From the NCBI GenBank assembly GCA_964106915.2, contig OZ066925.1: a DNA stretch of 64,000 nucleotides. One strand, 5' to 3'. The translations under genes and the position numbers were made by a program. A model generated the notes under the pieces. That model did no database searches, was not told the origin of the DNA, and saw only the letters and a list, made by a program, of their open reading frames with translations. The stretch comes from Podarcis gaigeae. Lineage: Eukaryota. Below are positions 24,844 to 38,198 of the stretch, piece by piece (position 1 is the stretch's first letter; every line of letters starts with the position of its first letter).

Positions 24844-25213
24844 TGCATGGATAGCTCAGCTGGTTAGAGCATGGGGCTGATAACGCCAAGGTTGCAGGTT
24901 CGATCCTGTAAGGCAGGGGTGGCCAACTCCCAAGACACTGCGATCTACTTCACAGAGTTATAAACTGGCAGCGATCTACCCCCTTTTTGGGGGTTCAGGT
25001 CAAAGTTGTTGAGCTTTTCTTAGGGGAGCCAAAGTTGTTGAGCTTCTTTGGGGGAGCCAGTGATCTACCAGTGATCTACCACAGACGTCCAGTGAGCTAC
25101 CGGTAGACCACGATCTACCTGTTGGACGTGCCTGCTGTAAGGGGCAGCTGCGTATTGTAGGGGGCTGGACTACATGATCCTCAAGGTCCCTCCCAACTCC
25201 ACAACCCTATGAT
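24844..25213 (+). mobile_element. tRNA-derived SINE with CR1-like tail, interrupted by a hAT MITE
   Basis: A box TAGCTCAGCTGG, B box GGTTCGATCC, and tail GGACTACATGATCCTCAAGGTCCCTCCCAACTC...CTATGAT. Confidence 0.8.
24914..25134. mobile_element. hAT MITE nested in SINE
   Basis: CAGGGGTGGCCAAC...GTTGGACGTGCCTG ends, perfect 8-bp TSD CTGTAAGG, and internal GATCTACC repeats. Confidence 0.9.
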
Positions 25214-26939
25214 GCTCCCACCGCTGGTTGTGATCTAAAACCGGAAGCCACCTCCACTCAGAACCTCAAGACACGTCTTGCTTGGAAATGCCGCTGTGGA
25301 GTAACGTGCCGTAATTCATCCGGTCTTTTTCCGCTACAATGCCTACCAATCCAAGCCAGCCAGCTCAAGCTGTTTGAGGATGGTGATCTCGCTCGGGCAC
25401 AAACCTTCCGGGCTCTCTTTTTACATCTGCATTTTTAGGAGCAAACACCATCGCCACCACAGGCGGTCTGGGGCACCCGGCACAATTTGCCGGCTAATTT
25501 TTATTGCCGGGCTGGTTACTGATTTACCCCCTCGGGCAGATCTCGGCTCCTCGCGGGAGCCTTAAAGAGCGGATAATCTTGCAAATACAGCTCAGAACAG
25601 CAGGAAACGTCAATGCCCATTCAGCGAAGTCAGGGGAGGGCCGGGTGTGGTCAGCCTTGGAGGTATCAAATGCTGCGACGCCGAAACTCAGGGCGACAAA
25701 GCGCTGACAGCAATAAGGCAATTTAGAGTGTGCTTTTGTGTTTGTGTGTGAACCGTTGAGTAAGTTCACGTTGACAGCTATTATAGATGCGAAGAGAAGC
25801 GCATCTGTAATGCTGACCTGAAGGCTTTTTGCTCTGATGCCAGATTCGCAGCACTCTGCAGATGCTCCATGGCTCTCTTTATTGCTGCGTCACGTGTTCC
25901 TGGGGGGGCCTAGCTGGGGAGCAGTACCTAGGCAGTCCCATCACCCAATGAAACAAAAAAATTACTAGGAATTGAGCCTGGAGGCAGCCGGAACGGAACC
26001 TCTACGTTTAACCCGAATTCCCAGGGAAAGAGACTGTTAAATCACACTGAGATGGTGGTAGCTCTATGGGACTTTCTAACAACTCCCAGCACCACAGTTC
26101 CTAGTATGATTGTCTAAAGTAGTATGAAGTTGCTTTAAATATCCAGTGCAGATGTGGCCCTATTCACAATCAGGGTTGCAGAAGGGTCTGCACTTTCATT
26201 GCGTTTTATGGGTGAAGTGCTAAATTCTAGTGGATTTTTAGGACTTAAAAGTGTATAACTCTGTACAGTATATCAACTAATCCTAATGAGCTACGGAATA
26301 AGTTTGGCGCCTTAGAGACAGAAGTTCCAGGTGGCCACTGAACCACACTTCCCCACCTCCTCCCTACTTGGCCGGATGATACAGATGACATACTGTATAC
26401 TCTGTAGTCTGCTCAGAAGGAAGTCCCACTGAGTTCAAAGGGGCTTACTCCCAGGAAGCCCAATTGCTATGGGTGTGCTCTGCTCCGAGCTCAACCTTGC
26501 TGCTGAAAAAGCGGCATACAAATATGAAAACCAGATGCCCCGGTGGTGGGCAGGGTAGACAGTGTGTTGCAAATCATCTGGATGAATTAACTCGAGGTAG
26601 AAGGATGCGCTCTTGTGCATAGAGGGACAGGACTGCAGGCAGCTGGACCAAATCCTGCGGGGGCATCCCTGCTTGTTAACCCTTCCATCGCATCTGCGTA
26701 GCTGCAACAGGCCCACGAACCAAACGCGCGGCGCACTTCTGGCATGGTGCTCCTTTTGGATATCGAGCTTCCGTCCTCTGAGCCCAGCTCTAGATCATAA
26801 ACTAACAAGTCAGACTGGGTGGCTCTTAAGTGTTCCTTTGCTCCCACCCCGGGCTACGGGGACTTGTGGACCAGGCTGCCACTTTCTTCCTCCCCATCGC
26901 TCGGCATTGCCTTCCTCCCATCACACCCAGATCTCCTCC

Positions 26940-27700
26940 ACCGCTCTCTGCCCTCCACATTCCCTCGCACGTCGATCTGCGCGCCGGCAGAGCCACCCCC
27001 CCTCCCGACGCCCGCCCCTTTCGCACGCGCCCCTTTCCTTCTCCGCACCCAGCCCCGGGCAGCCTCGCCCCCCGGAAGCGCTTCCCCGTCAATCACATTG
27101 GCGCCGGAGTCCCCGCAGTGACAGCCTGGGAGGGCCCGACACGAAAAGGCCAAGGCGGGCCCCGCCCCGCACCCCGCCCCGTCTCCGCCCCGCTGGGCCC
27201 ACTTCTCCTCCCACGCCCGCCCCACTCCGCCCTCTCGACGCGGGTAGAGCCCTTGGGCCGGGCGAGGGAGGGCCGCGAAGGGTGGGGAGGGGAGTGGGGA
27301 GTGTCAGCCCCAGTTGAAACACGCGCGCGCGCAGGCGACGCCAATCTTCGCCACGGGTTTCATAGACGGCGCTTCTCGGGACCGGGCAGCCCGCGATCAA
27401 TAAATCCCGAGCTTGCAAGAAGATCGAGGCTGTTGTGTATGCAAGGAGAGCGGATCTCCTCCGTTTCCCTTCTCCTCCTCTTTCTCCCCCGGCCAAATTC
27501 AGCGCAGGGAAACTCTCCGGCGTTTGGCACGCTGTCCGTCGGCGCCGCCGTCGGGGAAGACTTTTGCTCCCTTGGAGCGCATTGGCAAAGGGGAGGGGAC
27601 GGTCCCGCCTGCGCGATCACGCCGCGCGCGACACCCTTTGTGCGCCGGGGTGTTGAGCAGCCCGGGACACACACACACACCCACTGTAGAGGCTCTCAGG
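26940..27700. promoter_or_regulatory. orphan CpG island ~14 kb upstream of SP8
   Basis: High GC/CpG, multiple CCCGCC(C) GC boxes at 27160-27230, CCAAT ~27341, and no credible coding ORF. Confidence 0.75.
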
Positions 27701-30700
27701 ACAGGTCTGCTAAGGTTCACTCCTTCCGTCCTCTTGCCTATGCAGAGAGATTTGTTGCATATGGCGCGAGTTGTCTCTGGAAAGCTGGAGTAGTTTACCT
27801 GAGCGCGACATACGGTTATCTTGCTTTCCTGCAAGTTTGGACGCGCCCTCGAGTTTTAAGGGCAGGCCGGGCAGAAGGTTTTCCAAACGACCACTAAATT
27901 AAGCCGGGGTGCATTGAATCAGACCATTGGTGGGTCTAGCTGGGTAGCGTCCGCTCTGACATGGACTCTCCAAGATCTCAGACGGGGTGTTGTCTTTTCT
28001 CAGTCCTGTTAACTTAACTTTCTCTAAAAAGATGCCTGGGCCTGGACCTCGGATCTTCCGCATCCAACGAGCCTGTATTGGGACACGGAGTTTTGGGCAC
28101 TATGTCTGAACGTGTTGTTTCTCTACCGTTGAGAAAACCACGGTCACCGGAGAGCTTATTGGCTTCTGGGATTTCGTAGGCGGGCCTGACCCCTGGAACC
28201 TTTTTAAAATGATTTTAAAAGAAAGAAATTAGCCACTGTCGCCCGGAGATGCCAAGCCATTCATATGGAAATCAGTTCCGTTGACGTTAGCGGGCCTTGC
28301 CTGCACTGGGTGCTTGCAAGTAAAGATGGTTTGAACCCGCTTTTGGAGTAATCTCAAGACTGAAAGAGCAGGATCTAAATGCGTTTAGGAGCCCAACATA
28401 GGGCCTCAGTTCAGGCAGTAGGCCTGCAGCCTTGTATGGTCAAACAAACAAACAAAGCAAAACCCAGCTGGGAAACAAACACAACGTGGTGTTTGCGCGT
28501 TTTTCAAATTCCCCGCTGGGATTCAGAAACAGGATTAAGAGCCGCAGCACAATCCGGATGTGACAAAGAGATAGATTTATGGTGATGCAAATCTCCCCCT
28601 CCACATCACAGTCGATCTTCTTCCTTTTATTTATAAAAGCTGCCTGAAAGAATTCCGTAGGGAATTCTGCCAGATACAACAGGCGGAGTCCAAAATCTTT
28701 TCTCTGATTAGTCTGCTGATTCTGCAAGGAACGGGGCGCCCCTCGCCTAAATCAGCGAGTGAACCTTGCTGTATTGTTTTCTGGGGCCTGCAACACCAAT
28801 CGCACTTTCCTGGGAGCAAATTCCATCGAATTTGTTTCTGAGTAAGCATGCACAGGGACGAACAATTTGCAGTTGTCCCCCACCCCCCAGCAGTAAGGTG
28901 AGGTGCAGTAAGAAAAAGTGGTTTTATTTTAATCCACAATCCGTACACTTCTTAAACCAATGAAGAGATGTGAGGTAGCTTTTGGGGCATAGTGGTTAGA
29001 GTAGGACCCTCCAGAGGTAAGTTCAAATCTACATTCACTCATGAAGTTCCTGAAACTGTCATTATCTCTCATCCTAATCTGCTTCCCAGGGTAGGCTGAG
29101 GAGAGACTTCTGTATCTTGTCCTGACCTCACTGGGAAGAACGATAAAAAAATGTTAATAAAGAAAAGCAATTTACTTTGCATTGTGATTTATACTGTGCA
29201 AAATCCCCTTGGATGGAAAATCAATGCTGCCCACTGACTATCCCATGCTTTCAAAGGGACTAGTTTCCTCAAACAGGCAACTTCAAATGAGGCATTTTCA
29301 AGTGATGGATTCTGGATCTGTATTAAACAAAGACAACTCTCCTCTGCCACTGTCGGCTTCCTCTACTTGTTTACAATCATGTGTATAATGCCCCAAAGTT
29401 GGCAGCAGTTTTCTTTTTCAGGCTCAAGGCAAAAATGGATGTGAGGTGGGGTGCAGTAAGAAAAAGTGGTTTTGTTTTATGCTTTAAAACACAGGGTGTT
29501 AATTATTATTTTTTTTAATCACCCTCTACAAAGACAAACCCTTCGTCTGTTTACTAGAGTGCAAGTCTAATTGGGCTTACTTGGAAGGATAAATGTACAT
29601 AGGATTGCGGCCCTGCAGAAAAACCCCTAAGCATTTTTACTTAGGAGTAAGTCCCACTGAAGCTGTATACTTCCCCCATCACTCTATATCCTATGCATTC
29701 CCACTGCTGGCTTTGGAAATGGTGCAGAGATGTGAGGCACAATCCAGTCTTTTATTAAAACTGCATTTTGCTGTATCCACCCCCCCAACCAACCAACTTC
29801 ACAACCTGGCTGCATTTAAGATGGTAATATGTACACAGCCTCAGTCTCTAAATTATAGAGTGTGTGCTGTGTCACTTGAGCAAACCTTCACATTCTTGTC
29901 CCCCAGCCTTCTGAAGAAAAAAGGTCTATGCTTCATCTTTAACAGTCCCTATGAACTTTTGTCATTTTTTTTTTGCTTAAAAAAAACACAAAGGAAAGAA
30001 AGAAAAGTTTGCCATGCCCAAGTTCCTTCTGACTGCAGGAAATGCCTAGAGTGAAACAAATTCTTAAATATGGGAGGCTATTGGCAGCCTTTTAGGTGTG
30101 AAATTGCTTTGGCTTTATGGGCCTCACTCAAGGTCCACTGCAGCCAAAGAAAAGGCTCCTCTTGACTTCAAAGGCCTCTTTCCTAATCCATCCAGCCCAA
30201 CTAAAGAAGCAATTTGGAAACACTTACTGCAGACGGCCTCAGCAGCAATCAGTGGGACTTCTTGGGAGCAAGCAGCTTTGTGAATGCTATCTCTATTTTG
30301 CAGTAGTTACAGATGCTATATGCCTTTACTATTAGTATTTTTTTAAAAAAAACACCAACAAGTTTGCCATAAATTTCAGAATCTCCTATCGCTCTCCCTT
30401 CAAAGTGATGAAACAGTGGTTATTCCTTCTGCATTGTCTTACCATTGTGTAATGACTGGGCTTCTACAACACAGAGAAGGCATTCCCAAAGTTGCTTCCT
30501 TGTAAGTAGACTCCTTGATTGCAGCGTGTTTTCATATCGCTTCTTATTTGGGCCAGAAGTTTTGGCAAAACAACTTAGCATTTAGTAATAGTTCTCGCTG
30601 TCCCAGTCAAAGAACACTGGCTTAAGGAAAGCAAGTATCCATCGTAAACCTAATTTGTGGGTTACTATTGGTGGCAACCACTGAATTAAAAAAAGATCAG

Positions 30701-32069
30701 TATCTATCTGGTTGCAAAGGCACAAACCAGTTATGGCAGATTATTTGATTTAATAAAGAAAGATCCAATGATTTTAATGTGACTTGCTTTGGAATATACA
30801 CAGGAATCAGCCCTATAAGCAGTGACTTGGGCTAACATAACTTTAGCTCTCAAAAACAGAAGCTGAGATAGTAAATGTGACTTCAGACTTTAGGCAGAGA
30901 TTGTTGGAATGATGTTGAACATGATGTGTGTTCTACATACACACTCTCCAAGTATCTGGGAGAAGCTTAGCTAAAAAGCCTTATACCAATTCTCCATATG
31001 TAAGGTTTATTTATTTTTTTGTAGGGAGGAGCAGAGGATCATGAAAATGGAAATGTCATGGCGGCAGAAAGGATGTGAGGTCTTTGTGCTGACCGCCTCC
31101 ATCGCAAGGATCCTGCCAGGACCATTTTGTGCAGGTGTATTTTGATGCATTGAACAGAATGAAAGTTTATGAGTTATGATGTGTACAAATTCAACAGGGC
31201 TTTGTTTGTTTTGTTACTATTTTGTCAATGTTTTATAGATATGAATGCTGTTGTACTTTGTGAATCCTATAATATGATTTTTGGTGTAACTGTGATGTTT
31301 AGCTTATTTTTTAGTTTTTTTGTTAATAGTGTTACATAGATGGTAATTGTTATTTGGGATTTGGGATTGTTTTACTGACGATTTATGCTGTATTCGTGAT
31401 GTTCCATTATGTTATTTTTATCTTTTGCTTGTAAGCTGCTTAGGGGTTTATTTGAACAAAAAGCAGCAAAGAAATAGAATCAATCAGTCAGTCAGTCAGT
31501 CAGTCAATCAATCAATCAATCAATCATGGGAGTGTTCAGTGGCAATCTGAAGTGGTTCAGTCCAGACACAGGTCTACCCCTTCATCTGCTGCTTGTGAGC
31601 ACCAGACCATGTAAGCCAAATTCTTCTTACTATCCTCCCTCCTACTACAATGCATTTCCCATCATATTGCCTACAACAATACTAGAGGTACCTATGACTA
31701 CACCAGTGTGAGTATCTCCATAGTGGTTAGAACGACTTCAGAGCAACCTGTGATGAGTGTATCCATCTCCACTTGGCCCCTTCTGACCAACTTCCGTACT
31801 GTGTTTCCATCCTGTTCTCCCAGCGGGTTGTTTAGCAGTTTTTCACAGGTGTGGGAACTTTGAGCAACTTTACTTGTCAGATCTGTTCTAGTCACTTCAA
31901 CAGGAAAAGCAAACCTGCATATTCATTCCATTGAGCATGCATAATGGTGCCCTGCATTGAAATACTGTATACAGGACTGCTTATGTTCACTGCAGTGCTG
32001 GGGAACTGTGGAATGGGGCATATGCCTACACACCTAGATTATTGTCTAGATAATACAGCCACATTTAAC

Positions 32070-32430
32070 TAATAATAATAATAATAATAATATTTATACC
32101 TCGCCCATCTGGGTCGATTGCCCCAGTCACTCTGGGTGGCTTCTGACATAATAAACATCAAACATTAAAAGCTTCACTGTACAGGGCTGTCTTCTAAAAG
32201 TTGTGTAGTTCTTTTTCTCCTTGACATCTGATGGGAGGGCATTCCGCAGGGCAGGTGCCACTGCCGAGAAGGCCCTCTGCCTAGTTCCCTGAACTTCACT
32301 TCTCGCAGTGAGAGAAACCACCAGAAGGCCCTCGGAGCTGGACCTCAGTGTCCAGGCTGAATGATGGAGGTGGAGATGTTCCTTCAGGTATACAGGACCG
32401 AGGCCGTTTAGGGCTTTTAAGGTCAGCAGC
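32070..32430 (-). mobile_element. L2-clade LINE 3' fragment
   Basis: Translation LLTLKALNGLGPVYL...LRS...RAFSAVAPALRNALP (L2 ORF2 C-terminus) and an (ATT)n tail. Confidence 0.85.
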
Positions 32431-33556
32431 ATAATGATAATAGTTTGACAAAATATGCTTGCAAAGTATGAACAAGATCTACGAGAAGCTGTCTTTATGG
32501 CCATGATCCTGCATGTGCTATTATGAAAGCCTGTTCTCAGATCAGTGGGTTTGCTTCCTCACAGTATTTTTAGAATGTAGTCAGGGTTTGCCATTGCAGT
32601 GTCCACAGGCACAAATGTGCTTGCAGAATCCTTTCCTGGTCCTCTCCTGCACTGACATAAACATTTGTTTGTTGCCAATAGACTAGCTTGTGGTGTGTGC
32701 TTGACAGCGGTGCTTATAGCCATGTCTTTGGTTTGTACAAGTGCTCCAAAGTATTGGTGACATCTAATTTAGATGTCCTATCTTCCTTTCCTGAAGTCGT
32801 TGTGTCTGATTTTAATGCTGGCCTAGTTTTCATTGGCTTTTGGTTCACTTGACTCCTGCACTGGGGTAACATGCCCTTGGACTGGGTTAACAGTATTTTA
32901 TATATTGAAGCAGCAATTTCACTATAATGTTACTATTTAGTTATGCCCACAGTCGAGCTGTAAGTCTAACATTGTTTCCTTAAGCCAGGAGGTTATGTAG
33001 ATTGGTGGTGATTGCTAATTAGCTAGTTTGCATATCTATAAAACAGCTTGATATGCCCACATCTAGAAATCTAATTTGTGCAGCGGTAGATACTGAAAAT
33101 AGTTTTTGAAACGTTGATGATACAAGTCCGCTTGTGGGCAAATGGTGTGTGATTACTCTGTAGCCATACAGCCATTCATCAGATGACATCATGTAACTAA
33201 AGGAGGACAACATTTAGACATATACAGGGCGGGAAGAAATCCACAAAAGTCCACTTACCCAGAAGTAGCACCATTGATTTCAGCGTGGTTTCTTGTGAGT
33301 AAGCAATTTCCTGATGACAGGCACATTTGCCGACTTCCTAATACTGCTTAGTGCTTTGCAACGGTTAAAGAAGCAGCTGGCTTTTTATACAAGTAAATTG
33401 GGTTCTGAGGCTGTCAATCTTCTTTGCATGACAGAGAGGAGTTTCTGCCTGCTTTCAGAGGGTGGCTCTACATCTGTCACTCCATTCAGTAATGTGGCCC
33501 AATATCAGGGAGACTACAGCTGTCTGCTCCTTTCAGTGGATTCTGGGAAAGAGAAA

Positions 33557-33722
33557 CAGTGCTTTTTTCTGGGGGGGGGGGGACGCAGGGGTACGCATAC
33601 CCCTAAACATTTTGTGAATCTAGGTTTGGCTTCATTGAGGGGCAGTATTTCAATATAAGTAGGAAAATGAGAGTATCCCTAAACATTTAATTTAATTTTT
33701 ATTTTTTAGAGAAAATGCACTG
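33557..33722. mobile_element. hAT-type MITE (CAGTGCTTTTTT family)
   Basis: TIRs CAGTGCTTTTT / AAAATGCACTG; same family as 46513..46681. Confidence 0.8.
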
Positions 33723-34359
33723 CAGAGAAGTATCTGAGACCATGACATTTTTTTTGGTCCACCAAACACGACACAAGCCACTACGAACCTTTGCATGCAA
33801 ATGGTATTGTTTTGCTTTTTTGCTTGAATGGTAGTATTTTGCAGTTTCAAGGAATTCCAGAATGGTGTTTCTCCTCTGTCTCTAATTATCTTTGTCTGGA
33901 TTCCCTTGCACTTATAAAACGAAATTAATCAAACTTAACATTACAGGCCAATAAATTCTAAACAAATTACAGGTTTGCATGCAGGGCAACAAAGCATGAT
34001 ACATTTATTCTTAGAGATATGAAATGCCGTCCATAACCCCAAATGCTAGAAGGAGAAAAGATGGTCATTAGTCTGCATTTCAAATAAAGTGTTAAAAAAA
34101 ACAAAACATATTACTGCACACAGGAGCAGACGATGGGTTGCAATTCTTTCCACTCTTGCTTAGAAGGAAGCAGTCTGGAAATAAAGTTGTTTGATTCCCA
34201 AGTAAGCATGTGTAAATCATCTACGGTATGTCTTATTCATAAAAGGACTAGTTTATGCAGTCAACAAAATCAAGTACAGTAAGGCTTTTTCTGAACTGCT
34301 CCACTTCAGGCTGAGGTTTGGAGCCACATATGTGAATACCCCACCAAAATCCCTGGAGA

Positions 34360-34690
34360 GAAAAAAGTACCCATGTACTTGGAAGGGACTTGGAAGGGAT
34401 CCCAACCCCCTGCAATGCAGAAATCTCAGCTAGATCATACGGGACAGATGACCATCCAACCTCTGCTTAAAACCCTCCAAGGAAGGAGAATCCACTTTGG
34501 AGCCTGTCCCACTGATGGACAGCTCTTACTGTCAGAAAGTTATTTCTGATGTTTCGTCAGAACCTCCTTTCTTGGTTTCCAGACCCTTGAACATCTTGAT
34601 TGTCCTCATCTGGGCACATTCCAGCTTGTCAATATACTTCTTCAATTGTGGTGCCTAGAACTAGACACAGTACTTCAGGGATGGCCCACT
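34360..34690 (-). mobile_element. CR1 LINE fragment
   Basis: Typical CR1 ORF2 3' sequence (CCATCCAACCTCTGCTTAAA...CTTACTGTCAGAAAG...GAACTAGACACAGTACT). Confidence 0.7.
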
Positions 34691-35080
34691 GACTACTAGT
34701 TTATGAACCCAGGACACACTCCACCCCAATATTGCCCATATGATTTTTAAAATGCCTTCAGTTTGGGTCACTTGAAAAGGAGGCTACCTGAGATCTCATG
34801 GGCAGAAGTAGCCTAAATAATTCATTGGGGGTGATGGCACCAGGATGCGACATTTTGCAATCCAATCAATGCAATCCAAAATTAGTTGTAATGTTGTGGC
34901 CCTCAGGAGAGGAGCCCATTGCTCATTTTAGCTGAAGAGTGAATGCCACCACCTGTCTCCACCAAAGCAACCCTATTATCTTGACCACAGGACTCATACC
35001 AGGTGTAGGAAATGGAGATAACACATCCATAATCCAATCCATGTTGGGATTTCCTTTGAGGAAATGAAGCCTACAATTTA

Positions 35081-35330
35081 CAGTTGTACCTTGGTTTTCA
35101 AACAGCTTAGTTCTCGAACATTTTGGCTCCTGAACGTTGCAAACCCGGAAGTGACTGTTCCGGTTTGAGAACGTTCTTTGGAACCTGAATGTCTGACGGG
35201 GCTTCTGCAGCTTCCAATTGGCTGAAGGAGCTTCCTGCAGCCAACCAGAAGCCACGCTTTGGTTTCTGAACATTTTGGAAGTCAAACGGACTTCCGGAAC
35301 GGATTCCATTTGACTTCCAAGGTACGACTG
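35081..35330. mobile_element. Tc1/mariner-pogo MITE
   Basis: TIRs CAGTTGTACCTTGG / CCAAGGTACGACTG flanked by TA on both sides. Confidence 0.9.
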
Positions 35331-35448
35331 TATACAATTTTACAGAAATGACATGACCTCTCTCCCAAATGTTGCAAATGACCTTACCTCAGGGTAGGTC
35401 GGTCATGAAGGATAAAAGCAGGAATGCACAGGAAATGTGGAACCACAG

Positions 35449-35722
35449 GGTTCCCTCATTGCGAGAAGTGAGGTTACAGGGAACCAGACAGAGGGCCTTC
35501 TCGGTAGTGGCGCCCACCCTGTAGAACACCCTCCCTTCAGATGTGAAGGAAATAAGCAGCTATCCTATCTTTAAAAGACATCTGAAGGCAGCCCTGTTCA
35601 GGGAAGTTTTTAATATTTAATGCTGTATTGTTTTTAACATTTGATTGGGAGCCGCCCAGAGTGGCTGGGGAAACTCAGCCAGATGGGCGGGGTATAAATA
35701 AATTATTATTATTATTATTATT
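35449..35722 (+). mobile_element. L2-clade LINE 3' fragment
   Basis: Same family as 32070; ends GATGGGCGGGGTATAAATAAA(TTA)n. Confidence 0.85.
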
Positions 35723-35904
35723 AAGAACATCCTTGAGTGACATTTGACAAGTACTGCTTTCAGCCTAACAACAAGGTGGTTGTGGGGATTAAATTAGGAG
35801 GGGGGGAGCCCTATACACCACTTACAGCTCCTTGGAGAAAAAAGTGGGATATAAATGCAAGAAGGACCAGTCATCCAATGGACAGCAGCTACCGCTGGTT
35901 CGTA

Positions 35905-36254
35905 AAGGTAAAGGTAAAGGGGGACCCCTGACCATTAGGTCCAGTCGTGGCTGACTCTGGGGTTGCGGCGCTCATCTAGCTTTATTGGCCAAGGGAGCCG
36001 GCGTACAGCTTCCGGGTCATGTGGCCAGCATGACTAAGCTGCTTCTGGCGAACCAGAGCAGCGCACGGAAATGCCGTTTACCTTCCCGCCACCTATTTAT
36101 CTACTTGCACTTTGACGTGCTTTCAAACTGCTAGGTTGGCAGGAGCTGGGACCGAGCAACGGAAGCTCATCCCGTCACGGGGTTTCGAATCGCTAACCTT
36201 CTGATCGGCAAGTCCTAGGCTCTGTGGTTTAAACCAAAGCGCCACCCACGTCCC
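35905..36254 (-). mobile_element. Sauria SINE, full length
   Basis: tRNA-like head, (ACCTTT)n tail, TSD ACCGCTGGTT (35891-35900 / 36255-36264). Confidence 0.92.
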
Positions 36255-38198
36255 ACCGCTGGTTGGTATTATCTGCTAAATAGACATTATACACCACTAC
36301 TTTTCTAGCAGTAGTGAAGAGCTCGTTGGGTCCTTTGTTGAACTAAGGTCCGCCTGCTAAACTTGGGCCACTTGAGATTGCCTCTCTCTAGACTCAGCAC
36401 CCATCATTTACTCACTTTTACAAGTGGCTGTAAAAGCGACATCACTTGTCAATACAGAACCAAGCATTTCCCGTGATGAATCTCTACTTTGCTTTACTAG
36501 TTTTTCAGCAATAATTGGGGTGGGGGGAATCAATACCTTTTAACCTACTTTACCATAGTACAGTCATGAAATAAATGAACAACTTTACAATAGTAGATTT
36601 AACAAACAAACAAATAGATGTGGCTAAGAGCTCATTTCGTTTCTTTTTGATGTAAATGATAATTCAAGCTTCTCCTCAGCAAGAAGCAGAAGATCCCCTT
36701 TCAGATCTATTCTAAAAAAAACCTTCTAAAACCTTTGACTTGGGTGAAATTGCCTGACATTAACCTCAAACCTCGATCTAAGCAAAAGGGTATGGGCTGC
36801 ATCCCAGATTATCCTGTTTGGGGAACACACTTCAAATGTTGCTCACCTCAGCAGTTATGGAAGCATGAAATTCCGCTCTGGCCAGAAGCCCTGTACAAAA
36901 CAAGCCTCATCCGCCATTGTTAATTAGTATGTCCGCATTTGTGAGTCTTCTTCCCTGGGGTGAAAACCATCCCAAGAGCTTTAAACAATTAATTAGCGTG
37001 AAGCATTTAAGCTCCTCCGCTAACCTGTGTCACTAGACCTGAAGCAACTGCAATAATCACCTCGTGAATATTTCAGGACTGGGTTTGTTAAACAGGCTGA
37101 GTGGGAGATGGGGACTATAATAACACCTTTCTTTGAGTTTGATCTGTTTTTCATTAGGCAATCCTATATGCACTTACTTGGGAGGAAACCCCATTTAACT
37201 TAGTGGGACATACACCTGAGAAGACATAGCACTGCATTGTTACACACTTGTAATCTGATTCATTTCAATTAGAGTCAAGTGGATTGAGTGATTTGCAGAC
37301 TGTGTCCCCCCCTTGCCCCAAAGGTTTATGGAAGACTTGAAGCATCTTCCTTGATCTGGAATCTGAATGGCTCTCCAAAGCAACAGCTCCTATAATTGAT
37401 ATATTCAATATGGTGGAATGTTGTTTTTTCTCCATTGCAGTGAAGTGGCAGCTACCCCATCAAATCTCCCTGGATGAGATGGGCAGAACTTTCATGAATG
37501 GCTCATTTGTTGGTTGGCTTGGATTCTTGGGCTAGGATCTGGACCCGTTGAAGATGCCAAGAGCTCAGCTGCTGACAGGGAGCTGCGTGAGGGAAGGGGA
37601 AAGAGAGGGAGGGAGACAGCATAGGACTGATTAGGGAAAGACAAGATAGCCCTGGAAAAAAGGCACAGGCTCCAAAGCAGGAAGGGACTTTCTACTGCAG
37701 CCACAGCGAATGTCCTGGCTCCCAGAACTTTGCTTCTCAGCTTGTGGAAACCCATAAACTTTATTCAAGTACTCAGCACACAATCCCTGCATTAGTTAAA
37801 AGTATAGGTGACCACTGTTATGGGGTATCTTTCATTATAGATCATCACATTTATTTGTTTTTTAATAACTAATACATCTCAGATTTTGAATAAAACTGCT
37901 GTACTGGATTATTACACATGTCAAAGTCACTGGTGTGGCAAAAATATTCCCATGCTTTATAGTTTTCAAGTTACAGGGAAGGTGAAAATTAGGGAAATGG
38001 TGTGTGTGTGTATGTATGTATGTATGTATGTATATATATGTGTGTGTGTGTATTGCATCATATAATTATTTGAGTCATCCGTTTCAAATTGGATCTACTA
38101 GATCTAATTTTTTTAAGCAATGTGGAGTAAAGTTGCTTCTGGGGCCCCTCTAGGATTAGGAGCCCTGGAATTTAAGCTTCATTAGTTTTCATGGTAGA

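Noticed and set aside
26613-27897. 355-aa and 234-aa ORFs in the orphan CpG island
   Set aside because: Pro/Arg-rich low complexity, non-ATG starts, and stop-codon scarcity explained by GC content.
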